A DNA stretch of 34,510 bases, from positions 1-34,510 of the forward strand of contig JAMWCM010000001.1 in NCBI GenBank assembly GCA_023818355.1, read 5' to 3'. Below the pieces are notes generated by a model. The model had not been told where the DNA came from. It searched no databases and was given only the letters and a program-made list of their open reading frames with translations. The translations under genes were made by a program, and so were the position numbers. The stretch comes from Candidatus Omnitrophota bacterium. GTDB taxonomy: Bacteria > Omnitrophota > Gorgyraeia > DTHP01. This document shows positions 1 to 7,044 of this stretch, one piece after another (position 1 is the stretch's first letter; every line of letters begins with the position of its first letter).

Positions 1-288
1 CTCTTTTGCCAGATAAACACCTAAGGCAAATTTTTTATCTTTGAGATTTACCCAGACAAAACTTCCTCTCTCCATTACATCTCCAATTACTTCCCCCTCA
101 TAGATTATTCTTTTCCCATCGTAATCCCGGGGATTCTTGAGCAATTCAGTGCTGGAGATAATCTCAGCAAAACAGCGAAAATTCAAAATGCAAAATGCAA
201 AAATCAAAATGATAATCCACAATGCAAAATTTTGAATTTTTATATGTATTTTTGATATTTGATATTTGATATTTGATATTTTTTTCAT
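1..288 (-). CDS. hypothetical exported/membrane-anchored protein, N-terminal 96 codons only (continues off the left edge)
   Basis: Hand translation of the minus strand from the ATG at 288..286, which overlaps the trkH TGA stop as ATGA. It gives MKKISNIKYQISKIHIKIQNFALWIIILIFAFCILNFRCFAEIISSTELLKNPRDYDGKRIIYEGEVIGDVMERGSFVWVNLKDKKFALGVYLAKE and stays open to position 1. The layout is a basic n-region, a hydrophobic core and a CFA-E signal-peptide-like junction. It is absent from the ORF track because it is truncated by the window edge. Confidence 0.6.
   Translation of the reverse strand, partial: MKKISNIKYQISKIHIKIQNFALWIIILIFAFCILNFRCFAEIISSTELLKNPRDYDGKRIIYEGEVIGDVMERGSFVWVNLKDKKFALGVYLAKE
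184..211. repeat. tandem heptanucleotide array, caaaatg x4 (third copy caaaaat)
   Basis: Direct reading: caaaatg caaaatg caaaaat caaaatg. It lies inside the predicted signal-peptide core of the 1..288 CDS. Confidence 0.8.
254..281. repeat. tandem heptanucleotide array, gatattt x4 (perfect)
   Basis: Direct reading: gatattt gatattt gatattt gatattt. It lies immediately downstream of the ATG of the 1..288 CDS and next to the trkH stop. Confidence 0.85.
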
Positions 289-1787
289 TTTCCTCTAACC
301 AATGCAATAATAAATCCTATTAAAGTAAAAATGGCCACGAATTCCAGACGGCCTAACCACATCTGAAAGATATAGGTTAATTTTAAAATCGTGGGCATCT
401 GGGGGGAGGTAATTCCACAGGAGAGACCGACATTTGCTCCCGCAGAAGTGGACTCAAAAAGTGAATCTAAAAAGGGATAACCGCAGAGCATTCCGACGAT
501 TGTTCCGGAAAAATAGAGGATGAGATAGGCTAAAAATATAATCGCTGCTGAACGCACATAGCGGTCTTCTAAGACTAAATCTCTTATATGATGAAACTTC
601 TCTATTAAAACAGTGTTATCCGGTTGCATCAGCTGTTTTACATCCTGCAGGAATGCTCTGAAAACCAAACCAATCCTTAACGCCTTAATCCCTCCAGTGG
701 TTGAACAGGTTGCTCCTCCTAAGCCCATAGCCATAATCAGTCCCACCATCGCCAGTCCTGGCCAAAATTGAAGAAATTCTCTGGAATAAACATTTGCATA
801 CCCTGTACCGGTATGGGCAGAGATAAGCTGATAAAACCCTTTGCGAAACAAAACCCTTGCTTGGGGATAAATTCCTGCCTTAGATAATCCTATTGCCACC
901 AGTAAGAAGGTAAAAATAACCGTAAAAGAAAAGGTAATAATCTCTATATCCCGCCAGAATTCCCTTCTTTTTCCTGTCCAGAGGTTATAATGGAGATTGA
1001 AATTAATTACTCCTAAAAACATCATAAAAATCGTTGCCAGTTCTAGGAAAAAGCTATGATAATATAAAATATTCTGTGAGTGGGGAGTAAAGCCACCGGT
1101 ATCAAAAGCAGCCATAAAAAGACATATTCCCTGAAAAAATGCACGCTTTAAAGAAACCCCTTCTAAGAAAGCAATCCCTCCCAAAACCAAACTTCCCAAA
1201 ATAAGGTAGAAAATACTGAGAATCCAGATAAATCTTGCCGTCTCTACAACATTGGGAAAAATTTTCTCCTCTCTCGCCTCCCCCACATAGATTCTAAAAA
1301 CCCCTCCCAAGCCTCTCCCCAAAAAACTTAAAGCCATAATAATTACCCCTTGTCCACCGATAAACATCAATAGATGTCGCCACATCTGGCAGGAAAGAGA
1401 AAGATGGTCAAGGTCCTCTGCCAGCGTAAGCCCAGTGGTCGCCAGACCACTCATTGCTTCAAAAACCGCATCCAAAAAACTCTTCCAGTTTCCACTCAAA
1501 TAAAAGGGGATTGCTCCCAAAACAGCAATGAATAACCAGGACAGAGAAGTAATCACCATCGCATGCATCCAGCGCAGTTCCTTTTCAATTTTAAAAAAGA
1601 GGATTAAAAAGAAACCTGTATTGAGAAATATCCCTAAGGAAAGAAGGAAATCTATGCCGGGAGATTTCTCCTGGAAAAAAATAGCGGTAAGAAAAGGGAA
1701 AATTAAGAAAATCCCCACGAGCAGAATAATTCTCCCAATATGGTAAAGAACCAGAGAGATATCTTCCCGGCTGGGTTTAATCAACAT
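285..1787 (-). CDS. trkH: Trk/Ktr-type potassium uptake membrane subunit (TrkH/KtrB family)
   Basis: 500-aa polytopic membrane ORF. It has repeated pore-loop-like glycine motifs (ATTGLT, DTGGFT, TGTGYA, STTGGIKALRIG) typical of the TrkH/KtrB superfamily. It sits next to two trkA genes. Confidence 0.9.
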   Translation of the reverse strand: MLIKPSREDISLVLYHIGRIILLVGIFLIFPFLTAIFFQEKSPGIDFLLSLGIFLNTGFFLILFFKIEKELRWMHAMVITSLSWLFIAVLGAIPFYLSGNWKSFLDAVFEAMSGLATTGLTLAEDLDHLSLSCQMWRHLLMFIGGQGVIIMALSFLGRGLGGVFRIYVGEAREEKIFPNVVETARFIWILSIFYLILGSLVLGGIAFLEGVSLKRAFFQGICLFMAAFDTGGFTPHSQNILYYHSFFLELATIFMMFLGVINFNLHYNLWTGKRREFWRDIEIITFSFTVIFTFLLVAIGLSKAGIYPQARVLFRKGFYQLISAHTGTGYANVYSREFLQFWPGLAMVGLIMAMGLGGATCSTTGGIKALRIGLVFRAFLQDVKQLMQPDNTVLIEKFHHIRDLVLEDRYVRSAAIIFLAYLILYFSGTIVGMLCGYPFLDSLFESTSAGANVGLSCGITSPQMPTILKLTYIFQMWLGRLEFVAIFTLIGFIIALVRGK

Positions 1788-1790
1788 AAT

Positions 1791-1907
1791 TTAAAAAATC
1801 TTAAGCAAAATTGCTCCTAAGAGAAAAGAAAAAGATAAAAGAATAGAATAAAAAATAAAGATGGTCAGAATTGCCTTGCCAATATTAAAAATCTTATAAT
1901 ACCTCAT
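1791..1907 (-). CDS. candidate small single-TM membrane protein (38 aa) between trkA and trkH
   Basis: Hand translation gives MRYYKIFNIGKAILTIFIFYSILLSFSFLLGAILLKIF*. The ATG (1907..1905) overlaps the trkA TGA stop (ATGA). Its TAA (1793..1791) is 3 nt before the trkH ATG (1787). It fills the only >100-nt gap in an otherwise gap-free operon. It is too short for the ORF track. Confidence 0.45.
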   Translation of the reverse strand: MRYYKIFNIGKAILTIFIFYSILLSFSFLLGAILLKIF

Positions 1908-2566
1908 ATTCTACCTACTAAAAATTCTAAGAGTTGCTTCTCATTTTCTATGGTAGTAAGGGCAATAACATCATCGCGGGACTCTAAGACTGTATCTCCT
2001 TTAGGAATAATTACCTTATCTCCGCGGATAATGGAAACCAATACCGCATCGTGGGGAAGGGATAAGTCTTTCACGGCTTTGTTTATTACCGGAGAATCCT
2101 CAGCCAAGTCTACGCGCACAATTGCCAGTTTACCCCGTTTGAAAGTCATCAGTGTCACAAAATCCGCAAAAGAGACCTCTTCTTCAATAATCTTAGCGAT
2201 GATGGCGTTGGCATTCACCGGAACATCCACCCCCAGTTCATTAAAGGTGCGTTCATTGCGGGAATCGTTCACTCTGGCTACGGTGCGTTTTGTGCCAAAC
2301 TTTTCCTTTGCTAACTGACAGATAATCAAATTATCTTCGTCTTCTCCGGTCACTGCCGCTATCACATCCGCGCGATTTGCTCCCGCATCCTCAAGGGATT
2401 TCGGGTCACATCCGTCCCCATTGATAATCAAAGCATCCATCTCTTTAGCAAGCTCTTTACAACGCATAGCATCTCTTTCAACCACCACCACTACATGCTT
2501 ATCCTCAAGGAGACGTTTTGCTAAATAACTTCCTACATTCCCTGCTCCCACAATTATAATATACAT
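1904..2566 (-). CDS. trkA: Trk/Ktr system NAD-binding regulatory subunit (single RCK: TrkA-N + TrkA-C)
   Basis: 220 aa. N-terminal Rossmann motif MYIIIVGAGNVGSYLA and a C-terminal TrkA-C-like segment (KVIIPKGDTVLESRDDVIAL). Confidence 0.9.
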   Translation of the reverse strand: MYIIIVGAGNVGSYLAKRLLEDKHVVVVVERDAMRCKELAKEMDALIINGDGCDPKSLEDAGANRADVIAAVTGEDEDNLIICQLAKEKFGTKRTVARVNDSRNERTFNELGVDVPVNANAIIAKIIEEEVSFADFVTLMTFKRGKLAIVRVDLAEDSPVINKAVKDLSLPHDAVLVSIIRGDKVIIPKGDTVLESRDDVIALTTIENEKQLLEFLVGRI

Positions 2567-2572
2567 TTTAAC

Positions 2573-3223
2573 TTAACCAATTTTGTAAAGTGTTTTCACT
2601 TTCTTAAGTGCAGAAATCTTTACTACCGCAATCAAAATATCTCCCTTTTCTACCATTGTCTGTTCTGTAGGGATAACTGTCCCGGTTTTCTTTTTTACCA
2701 CCGTAACCACAAGCAATTCTCCGGGGAGGTTTACCTCCTTTATTAATTTTCCCACTATTTCCTCAGGAGCCCTGAATTCCAAAACCCCCAATTCCTTCGT
2801 TTCAATGAGATAACTACTGAATTGGCTCTCAATGAGTTTATCCCGAATCAGGGAAGCAAAAAGAACCGTTCCGCTGAGGGTATTTATCCCTAAAGAACGG
2901 TATATCTCTGCACGCTGGGGGTCATAGATCCGGGCAATTACTTTGGGAACATTAAAAATTTTCCTGGCTACCTGAGCACTCATAATATTGGTATTATCTC
3001 CATTGGTTACCGCACATAAAGCATCCGCCTTCTCTATACCTGCTTCCTTCAGGGTATCTAAATCAAAACCATTCCCTACCAAGGTTACTCCGTTGAAGGT
3101 ATTACCTAAGCGTTTAAAAGCATCCGGATTTTTATCAACTACCACTACATTGTGCCCCCCATCCTGCAGAATCCTCGCCAGTTCTGCCCCTACTCTTCCA
3201 CAACCCACAATAATTATATACAT
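2573..3223 (-). CDS. trkA: Trk/Ktr system NAD-binding regulatory subunit, second paralogue
   Basis: 216 aa. MYIIIVGCGRVGAELA Rossmann motif plus a TrkA-C-like C-terminus (IPTEQTMVEKGDILIAV). Paralogous to the adjacent gene. Confidence 0.9.
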   Translation of the reverse strand: MYIIIVGCGRVGAELARILQDGGHNVVVVDKNPDAFKRLGNTFNGVTLVGNGFDLDTLKEAGIEKADALCAVTNGDNTNIMSAQVARKIFNVPKVIARIYDPQRAEIYRSLGINTLSGTVLFASLIRDKLIESQFSSYLIETKELGVLEFRAPEEIVGKLIKEVNLPGELLVVTVVKKKTGTVIPTEQTMVEKGDILIAVVKISALKKVKTLYKIG

Positions 3224-3229
3224 CTTTAG

Positions 3230-3577
3230 TTATTGTTTTGCTATCTCCACCAGTTTACTAAAGGCCTGCTGGTCATTTATCGCCAGATCTGCCAATATCT
3301 TCCGGTCCAGATTCACCTTTGCTTTTCTTAAACCATGAATAAATTGATTATAAGAAATCCCTAAGTTTTTGCAGGCAATGGAGATGCGCGTAATCCAGAG
3401 TTTACGGAACTGCCGCTTTTTTACCCGCCGGTCACGATAACTATAAACCAGAGCCCGCTGAACTGTTTCCTTTGCCCGACGATAAAGTTTACTCCTTGCC
3501 CCCCAATAACCTTTTGCCTGCTTAAGCATTTTTTTGTGCCGTTTATGTGTAGCTACAGAATGTTTAACCCTGGGCAT
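3230..3577 (-). CDS. rplT: 50S ribosomal protein L20
   Basis: 115 aa starting [37 protein letters not shown], the canonical L20 N-terminus. Canonical infC-rpmI-rplT order. Confidence 0.97.
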   Translation of the reverse strand: MPRVKHSVATHKRHKKMLKQAKGYWGARSKLYRRAKETVQRALVYSYRDRRVKKRQFRKLWITRISIACKNLGISYNQFIHGLRKAKVNLDRKILADLAINDQQAFSKLVEIAKQ

Positions 3578-3589
3578 AACTTTCCTCCT

Positions 3590-3790
3590 TTACAAACCAT
3601 AAGGCAGTAATTTACGAATTTTTTCTCTATCTACTTTAGCCACAAATCCTGGACGGCGTAAATCAAGCTTACGCTTCCTTCCCTTCTTACTCAAAAGGTG
3701 ACTTCTCCCACTCTTTGCATGTTTCAATTTCCCACGCGCCGTGAATCTAATCCGCTTCGCTAAGGAACGCGAAGTTTTCATCTTGGGCAT
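3590..3790 (-). CDS. rpmI: 50S ribosomal protein L35
   Basis: The ORF-track frame 3590..3811 contains MPKMKTSRSLAKRIRFTARGKLKHAKSGRSH. The ATG at 3790 is preceded by GGAGGT, so the 7-codon upstream extension is likely spurious. Confidence 0.93.
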   Translation of the reverse strand: MPKMKTSRSLAKRIRFTARGKLKHAKSGRSHLLSKKGRKRKLDLRRPGFVAKVDREKIRKLLPYGL

Positions 3791-3807
3791 TTTACCTCCA
3801 TAATTTT

Positions 3808-4317
3808 TCAACCGTGCCGGGGAGCAACCACCGCGACTATATTTCTTCCTTCACTCTTTGGGGGTTTCTCTATCTCTCCCCATTGGTTAGCATCATTTAA
3901 AAATCTTGCCAGCAATTTTTCGCCAATCTCCGGATGAGAAATTTCTCGCCTGCGCTGGATGAGGGTAATCTTTACCTTATCCCCGTGCTGAAGAAATCTC
4001 TGCAAATTCCTCAGCTTTACCTGATAGTCGTGCTCCTCAATATTAGGTTTAAGACGGATTTCTTTGAGATGATGCAGATGCATCTTTCTGCGCGCCTGCT
4101 TTTCCCTCTTTTCCTGTTCATAGCGGTATTTACCATAATCCATAATTCGGCAGACTGGAGGATTTGCCTCCGGAGCAACCTCCACTAAATCAAGGTTACG
4201 CATCTCTGCCTGTCTTAGCCCTTCCTCAGGGGAAACTAGCCCTAACTGTTCTCCATTTTCTCCAATGAGCCGAATCTGCTTAGCCTTTATCTGTTCATTT
4301 ATGCGCAAAAACCGCAA
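3808..4317 (-). CDS. infC: translation initiation factor IF-3
   Basis: 169 aa with INEQIKAKQIRLIGENGEQLG ... PPVCRIMDYGKYRYEQEK, a clear IF-3 match. There is no in-frame ATG at the N-terminus. The frame opens 6 codons upstream, and the first usable start is TTG at 4317..4315. Confidence 0.93.
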   Translation of the reverse strand: MRFLRINEQIKAKQIRLIGENGEQLGLVSPEEGLRQAEMRNLDLVEVAPEANPPVCRIMDYGKYRYEQEKREKQARRKMHLHHLKEIRLKPNIEEHDYQVKLRNLQRFLQHGDKVKITLIQRRREISHPEIGEKLLARFLNDANQWGEIEKPPKSEGRNIVAVVAPRHG

Positions 4318-4324
4318 TAAACTT

Positions 4325-6046
4325 TCACCCCCTTTCCGCTATCTCCTTTTTTATCCGTTGAATAAAATCTTCCAGAGAAAGCTGCCCTAAGTTTCCCTTC
4401 TTACGTTCACGCACGCTAACCGTATTTGTCTCTACTTCCCGCTCACCAACGACCAGCATATAGGGAATTTTATTAAGTTGTGCCTGACGGATTTTGTATT
4501 CCATTTTTTCCTCACGGAGATCAACCTCTACACGTAAATCTTCCTCTAAGAGCCTCTGTTTTATCTTCTCCGCATAGGGGAGAAATCTCTCTGCAATGGG
4601 AATAATTATCACCTGCAGGGGAGCAAGCCAGAGGGGAAGTGCTCCTGCATAATGCTCAAGTAATGTTCCCAGGAAACGCTCCATACTCCCCAAAATCACC
4701 CGGTGAAGCATTATTGGCCTTTTCAAAGAACCATCCGGAGAAGCATAGGTTAGGTCAAATCTTTCCGGTAAAGCAAAATCACATTGAATGGTGGCACACT
4801 GCCAAGTTCTCTTCAAAGCATCCTTCAATTTTATATCAATCTTTGGTCCATAAAATGCTCCTTCCCCGGGATTTATTTTATAATTTAGGTTTTTCTCATG
4901 CAAGGCTTTTTTTAAAGCCCCTTCTGCTCTCTCCCACTCCTGGTCAGTTCCAATTGATTTTAAAGGTCGTGTGCTCAATTCAATCTCATACTCGGTAAAA
5001 CCAAAAACCTTCATTGTCTGGAGCACAAAGTCAATCACCCCTTTTATTTCTTCTACCAGCTGCTCCTCACTACAAAAGATATGCGCATCATCCTGAGTAA
5101 ATCCCCTTACCCTCAAAAGACCATGCAAAACCCCTGTCTTCTCATGGCGGTATACTGAACCCAGTTCAAAGAAACGCAAAGGAAGCTCTCTATAGCTTCT
5201 TATTTTAGATTTATAAATTAAAATATGCCCTGGACAATTCATAGGCTTTACAGCAAACTCCTGCTGATCTATCTGGAAGATATACATATTCTCTTTATAA
5301 TAACTATAATGCCCTGACCGCATCCAGATATCTGACCTTAAAATATGGGGAGTAATCACCAACTGGTATCCTCTTTTGAGATGTTCTTTTTTCTCATAGT
5401 CTTCTATAATTGTTCTTAAAATTGCTCCCTTGGGATGATAGAAGACCAAGCCAGCTCCTGCTTCTTCATGGAGGCTGAAAAACTCCAATTCCTTCCCCAG
5501 TTTTCTGTGGTCACGCCTTTTTGCCTCCTCTAATTTTTGGAGATAATTTTCCAATTCCTTATGGGTAAAAAAACTCGTGCCATAAATTCTCTGCAGCATA
5601 GGATTGGTTTCTATGCCATGCCAATAGGCACCGGCAAGGGATAAGAGTTTAAAGGCTTTAACTTTCCCCGTAGATTCTATGTGGGGGCCACGACACAAAT
5701 CCACAAATTCTCCGCTACGATAAACAGTCACTTTCTCCTCAGGGATTTCTTTAAGCAATTCCAGTTTAAAATCCTCACCTAAATCCTGAAATAATTTAAC
5801 TGCTTCTTTTTTGGGAATTTCCTCACGGATGAAAGGGAAATCTTCCTTTACAATCCTCTGCATTTCCTCCTCAATCTTGGCTAAATCTTCAGGGGTAAAC
5901 TTATAGGAAGAGTCAAAGTCATAATAGAAACCGTCCTCAATGGCAGGACCGATTCCCAACTTTGTTCCGGGGAAAAGTCTCTTTACCGCCTGCGCCATTA
6001 TATGAGCACAAGAATGTCTTAATGTTGACAAATCCATATTTAACAA
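4325..6046 (-). CDS. thrS: threonine--tRNA ligase (N-terminal TGS domain absent)
   Basis: 573 aa with editing-domain motifs [11 protein letters not shown] and DLCRGPH, a class II catalytic core and a C-terminal anticodon-binding domain. The track start at 6046 is a TTG. An ATG three codons in (6037) is an alternative start. Confidence 0.93.
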   Translation of the reverse strand: MLNMDLSTLRHSCAHIMAQAVKRLFPGTKLGIGPAIEDGFYYDFDSSYKFTPEDLAKIEEEMQRIVKEDFPFIREEIPKKEAVKLFQDLGEDFKLELLKEIPEEKVTVYRSGEFVDLCRGPHIESTGKVKAFKLLSLAGAYWHGIETNPMLQRIYGTSFFTHKELENYLQKLEEAKRRDHRKLGKELEFFSLHEEAGAGLVFYHPKGAILRTIIEDYEKKEHLKRGYQLVITPHILRSDIWMRSGHYSYYKENMYIFQIDQQEFAVKPMNCPGHILIYKSKIRSYRELPLRFFELGSVYRHEKTGVLHGLLRVRGFTQDDAHIFCSEEQLVEEIKGVIDFVLQTMKVFGFTEYEIELSTRPLKSIGTDQEWERAEGALKKALHEKNLNYKINPGEGAFYGPKIDIKLKDALKRTWQCATIQCDFALPERFDLTYASPDGSLKRPIMLHRVILGSMERFLGTLLEHYAGALPLWLAPLQVIIIPIAERFLPYAEKIKQRLLEEDLRVEVDLREEKMEYKIRQAQLNKIPYMLVVGEREVETNTVSVRERKKGNLGQLSLEDFIQRIKKEIAERG

Positions 6047-6068
6047 TTTAACCCATTAACTATATTTG

Positions 6069-6144
6069 TGGGCGGTACTGGATTTGAACCAGTGACCTTC
6101 AGTATGTCAAACTGACGCGCTAAACCAGGCTGCGCCAACCGCCC
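6069..6144 (-). tRNA. tRNA-Val (anticodon GAC)
   Basis: Hand-folded cloverleaf: GGGCGGT/ACCGCCC acceptor, TCAGT-TTGACAT-ACTGA anticodon arm, ACTGG-TTCAAAT-CCAGT T arm, 76 nt. CCA is not encoded. Confidence 0.9.
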
Positions 6145-6150
6145 AAAAAT

Positions 6151-6234
6151 TGGGCGAGAAGGGATTTGAACCCTTACGACCTAAAAGGTCATGGGATTTT
6201 AAGTCCCACGTGTATACCATTCCACCACTCGCCC
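6151..6234 (-). tRNA. tRNA-Leu (anticodon TAA), long variable arm
   Basis: GGGCGAG/CTCGCCC acceptor, TGGGA-CTTAAAA-TCCCA anticodon arm, GACC..GGTC variable stem, AAGGG-TTCAAAT-CCCTT T arm, 84 nt. Confidence 0.9.
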
Positions 6235-6243
6235 GGAAATTTG

Positions 6244-6315
6244 AGGCGTGGGCCGGATTTGAACCGGCGATTAGCGGTTTTGCAGACCGCTGCCTTGCCA
6301 CTTGGCTACCACGCC
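6244..6315 (-). tRNA. tRNA-Cys (anticodon GCA)
   Basis: GGCGTGG/CCACGCC acceptor, GCGGT-CTGCAAA-ACCGC anticodon arm, GCCGG-TTCAAAT-CCGGC T arm. The discriminator is U, as expected for tRNA-Cys. 72 nt. Confidence 0.9.
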
Positions 6316-6327
6316 AATTGTGGTATA

Positions 6328-6356
6328 ATTTAACACGGAAAGGCGTAATTTGTCAA
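6328..6356 (-). promoter_or_regulatory. sigma70-like promoter for the tRNA-Cys/Leu/Val-thrS transcription unit
   Basis: Minus strand reads TTGACA (6356..6351), a 17-nt spacer, then TTAAAT (6333..6328). The tRNA-Cys 5' end lies 12 nt after the -10. Confidence 0.5.
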
Positions 6357-6499
6357 GGCAAAAGGGGAACAGGGTAATCTCAAGAAAATTGTGTAAATTC
6401 TTTTAAATGGTTAATTCATTTTAGCCCTTTACTTCCACCACTCAGTGGAATGGGCTAGATGGAGGTTACACCCTCTTTTTATTTTTTCAAGTTAAATTT

Positions 6500-6519
6500 C
6501 ACAAATATTTTAAATTACC
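6500..6519 (+). repeat. direct repeat copy 1 (cacaaatattttaaattacc)
   Basis: Matches 6993..7013 apart from one extra A in the second copy. A shared ccttg follows 8-10 nt downstream of both copies. Confidence 0.75.
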
Positions 6520-6965
6520 TGCGGTCTGACCTTGAAAAATTACACTTACGAAGTGGAAGGAGATTTTCTCAAAGAGCAAGCTAAAAGGATTTAAATATAT
6601 AAAAGAGCAAGACAAACTTATCTGCCCAAAGGCAAAATCTCAACCACCAAGAATCGCCAAGAGAATGGAGATTTTTATAATTTTTCAATAACTATCTGTC
6701 GAAATTGCAAACACTTCCAGCGATGTGCTGCAGTTAAAGGTAAACATTCAAGAATTTTTATTAGTGATAATTACAAACTCAGATTACAAGATAACGATAA
6801 ATTTTATCTGGAGTCAATAAAGATTTGTAAGATGGTTGAACGAAAATTTGGCGAAGCTAAGAAGTGGCATGGTTTAAATAGAGCTAGATACAGAGGTAAA
6901 TGGCGCAAAGAGCAGTTAATTTAAAAATAGAGAAAATTATCTCCAATGATAAAAATAAAAGATAA
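6520..6965 (+). pseudogene. 5'-truncated, frameshifted C-terminal remnant of an IS5/IS1182-like DDE transposase
   Basis: Three frames are needed to read the remnant. Frame at 6587..6639: GFKYIKEQDKLICPKGK. Frame at 6595..6924: ...ICRNCKHFQRC...KMVERKFGEAKKWHGLNRARYRG...*. Third frame, stop at 6963..6965: AVNLKIEKII...*. The motifs CPxGK, the Cys cluster, ERxFGxxKxxxGLxRxRYRG and NLK are the usual C-terminal landmarks of this transposase group. There is no start codon, and the N-terminal two-thirds of the gene is missing. Confidence 0.6.
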
Positions 6966-6992
6966 AAGTTTAAGGTTTTTTCAGAGCTCTCA

Positions 6993-7013
6993 CACAAAAT
7001 ATTTTAAATTACC
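6993..7013 (+). repeat. direct repeat copy 2 (cacaaaatattttaaattacc)
   Basis: See copy 1. It lies 28 nt after the last transposase-like codon. Confidence 0.75.
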
Positions 7014-7044
7014 GGTAAGGGCCTTGTCGCAAGAGAGAATAGAT

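Noticed and set aside
6047-6068. A possible T-box or operator leader upstream of thrS.
   Set aside because: Only 22 nt are available between tRNA-Val and the thrS start. There is no specifier or antiterminator structure.
6107-6377. ORFs 6107..6301 (-) and 6150..6377 (+).
   Set aside because: They are read through the three tRNA genes (Val, Leu, Cys). The cloverleaf structures explain the sequence, and there is no coding signal.
6461-6583. A 41-codon ORF starting at the ATG at 6461 (MEVTPSFYFFKLNFTNILNYLRSDLEKLHLRSGRRFSQRAS).
   Set aside because: It has no SD. It runs through the hairpin/T-tract and one copy of the direct repeat into the transposase remnant. Its composition looks like a read-through of non-coding, AT-rich DNA.
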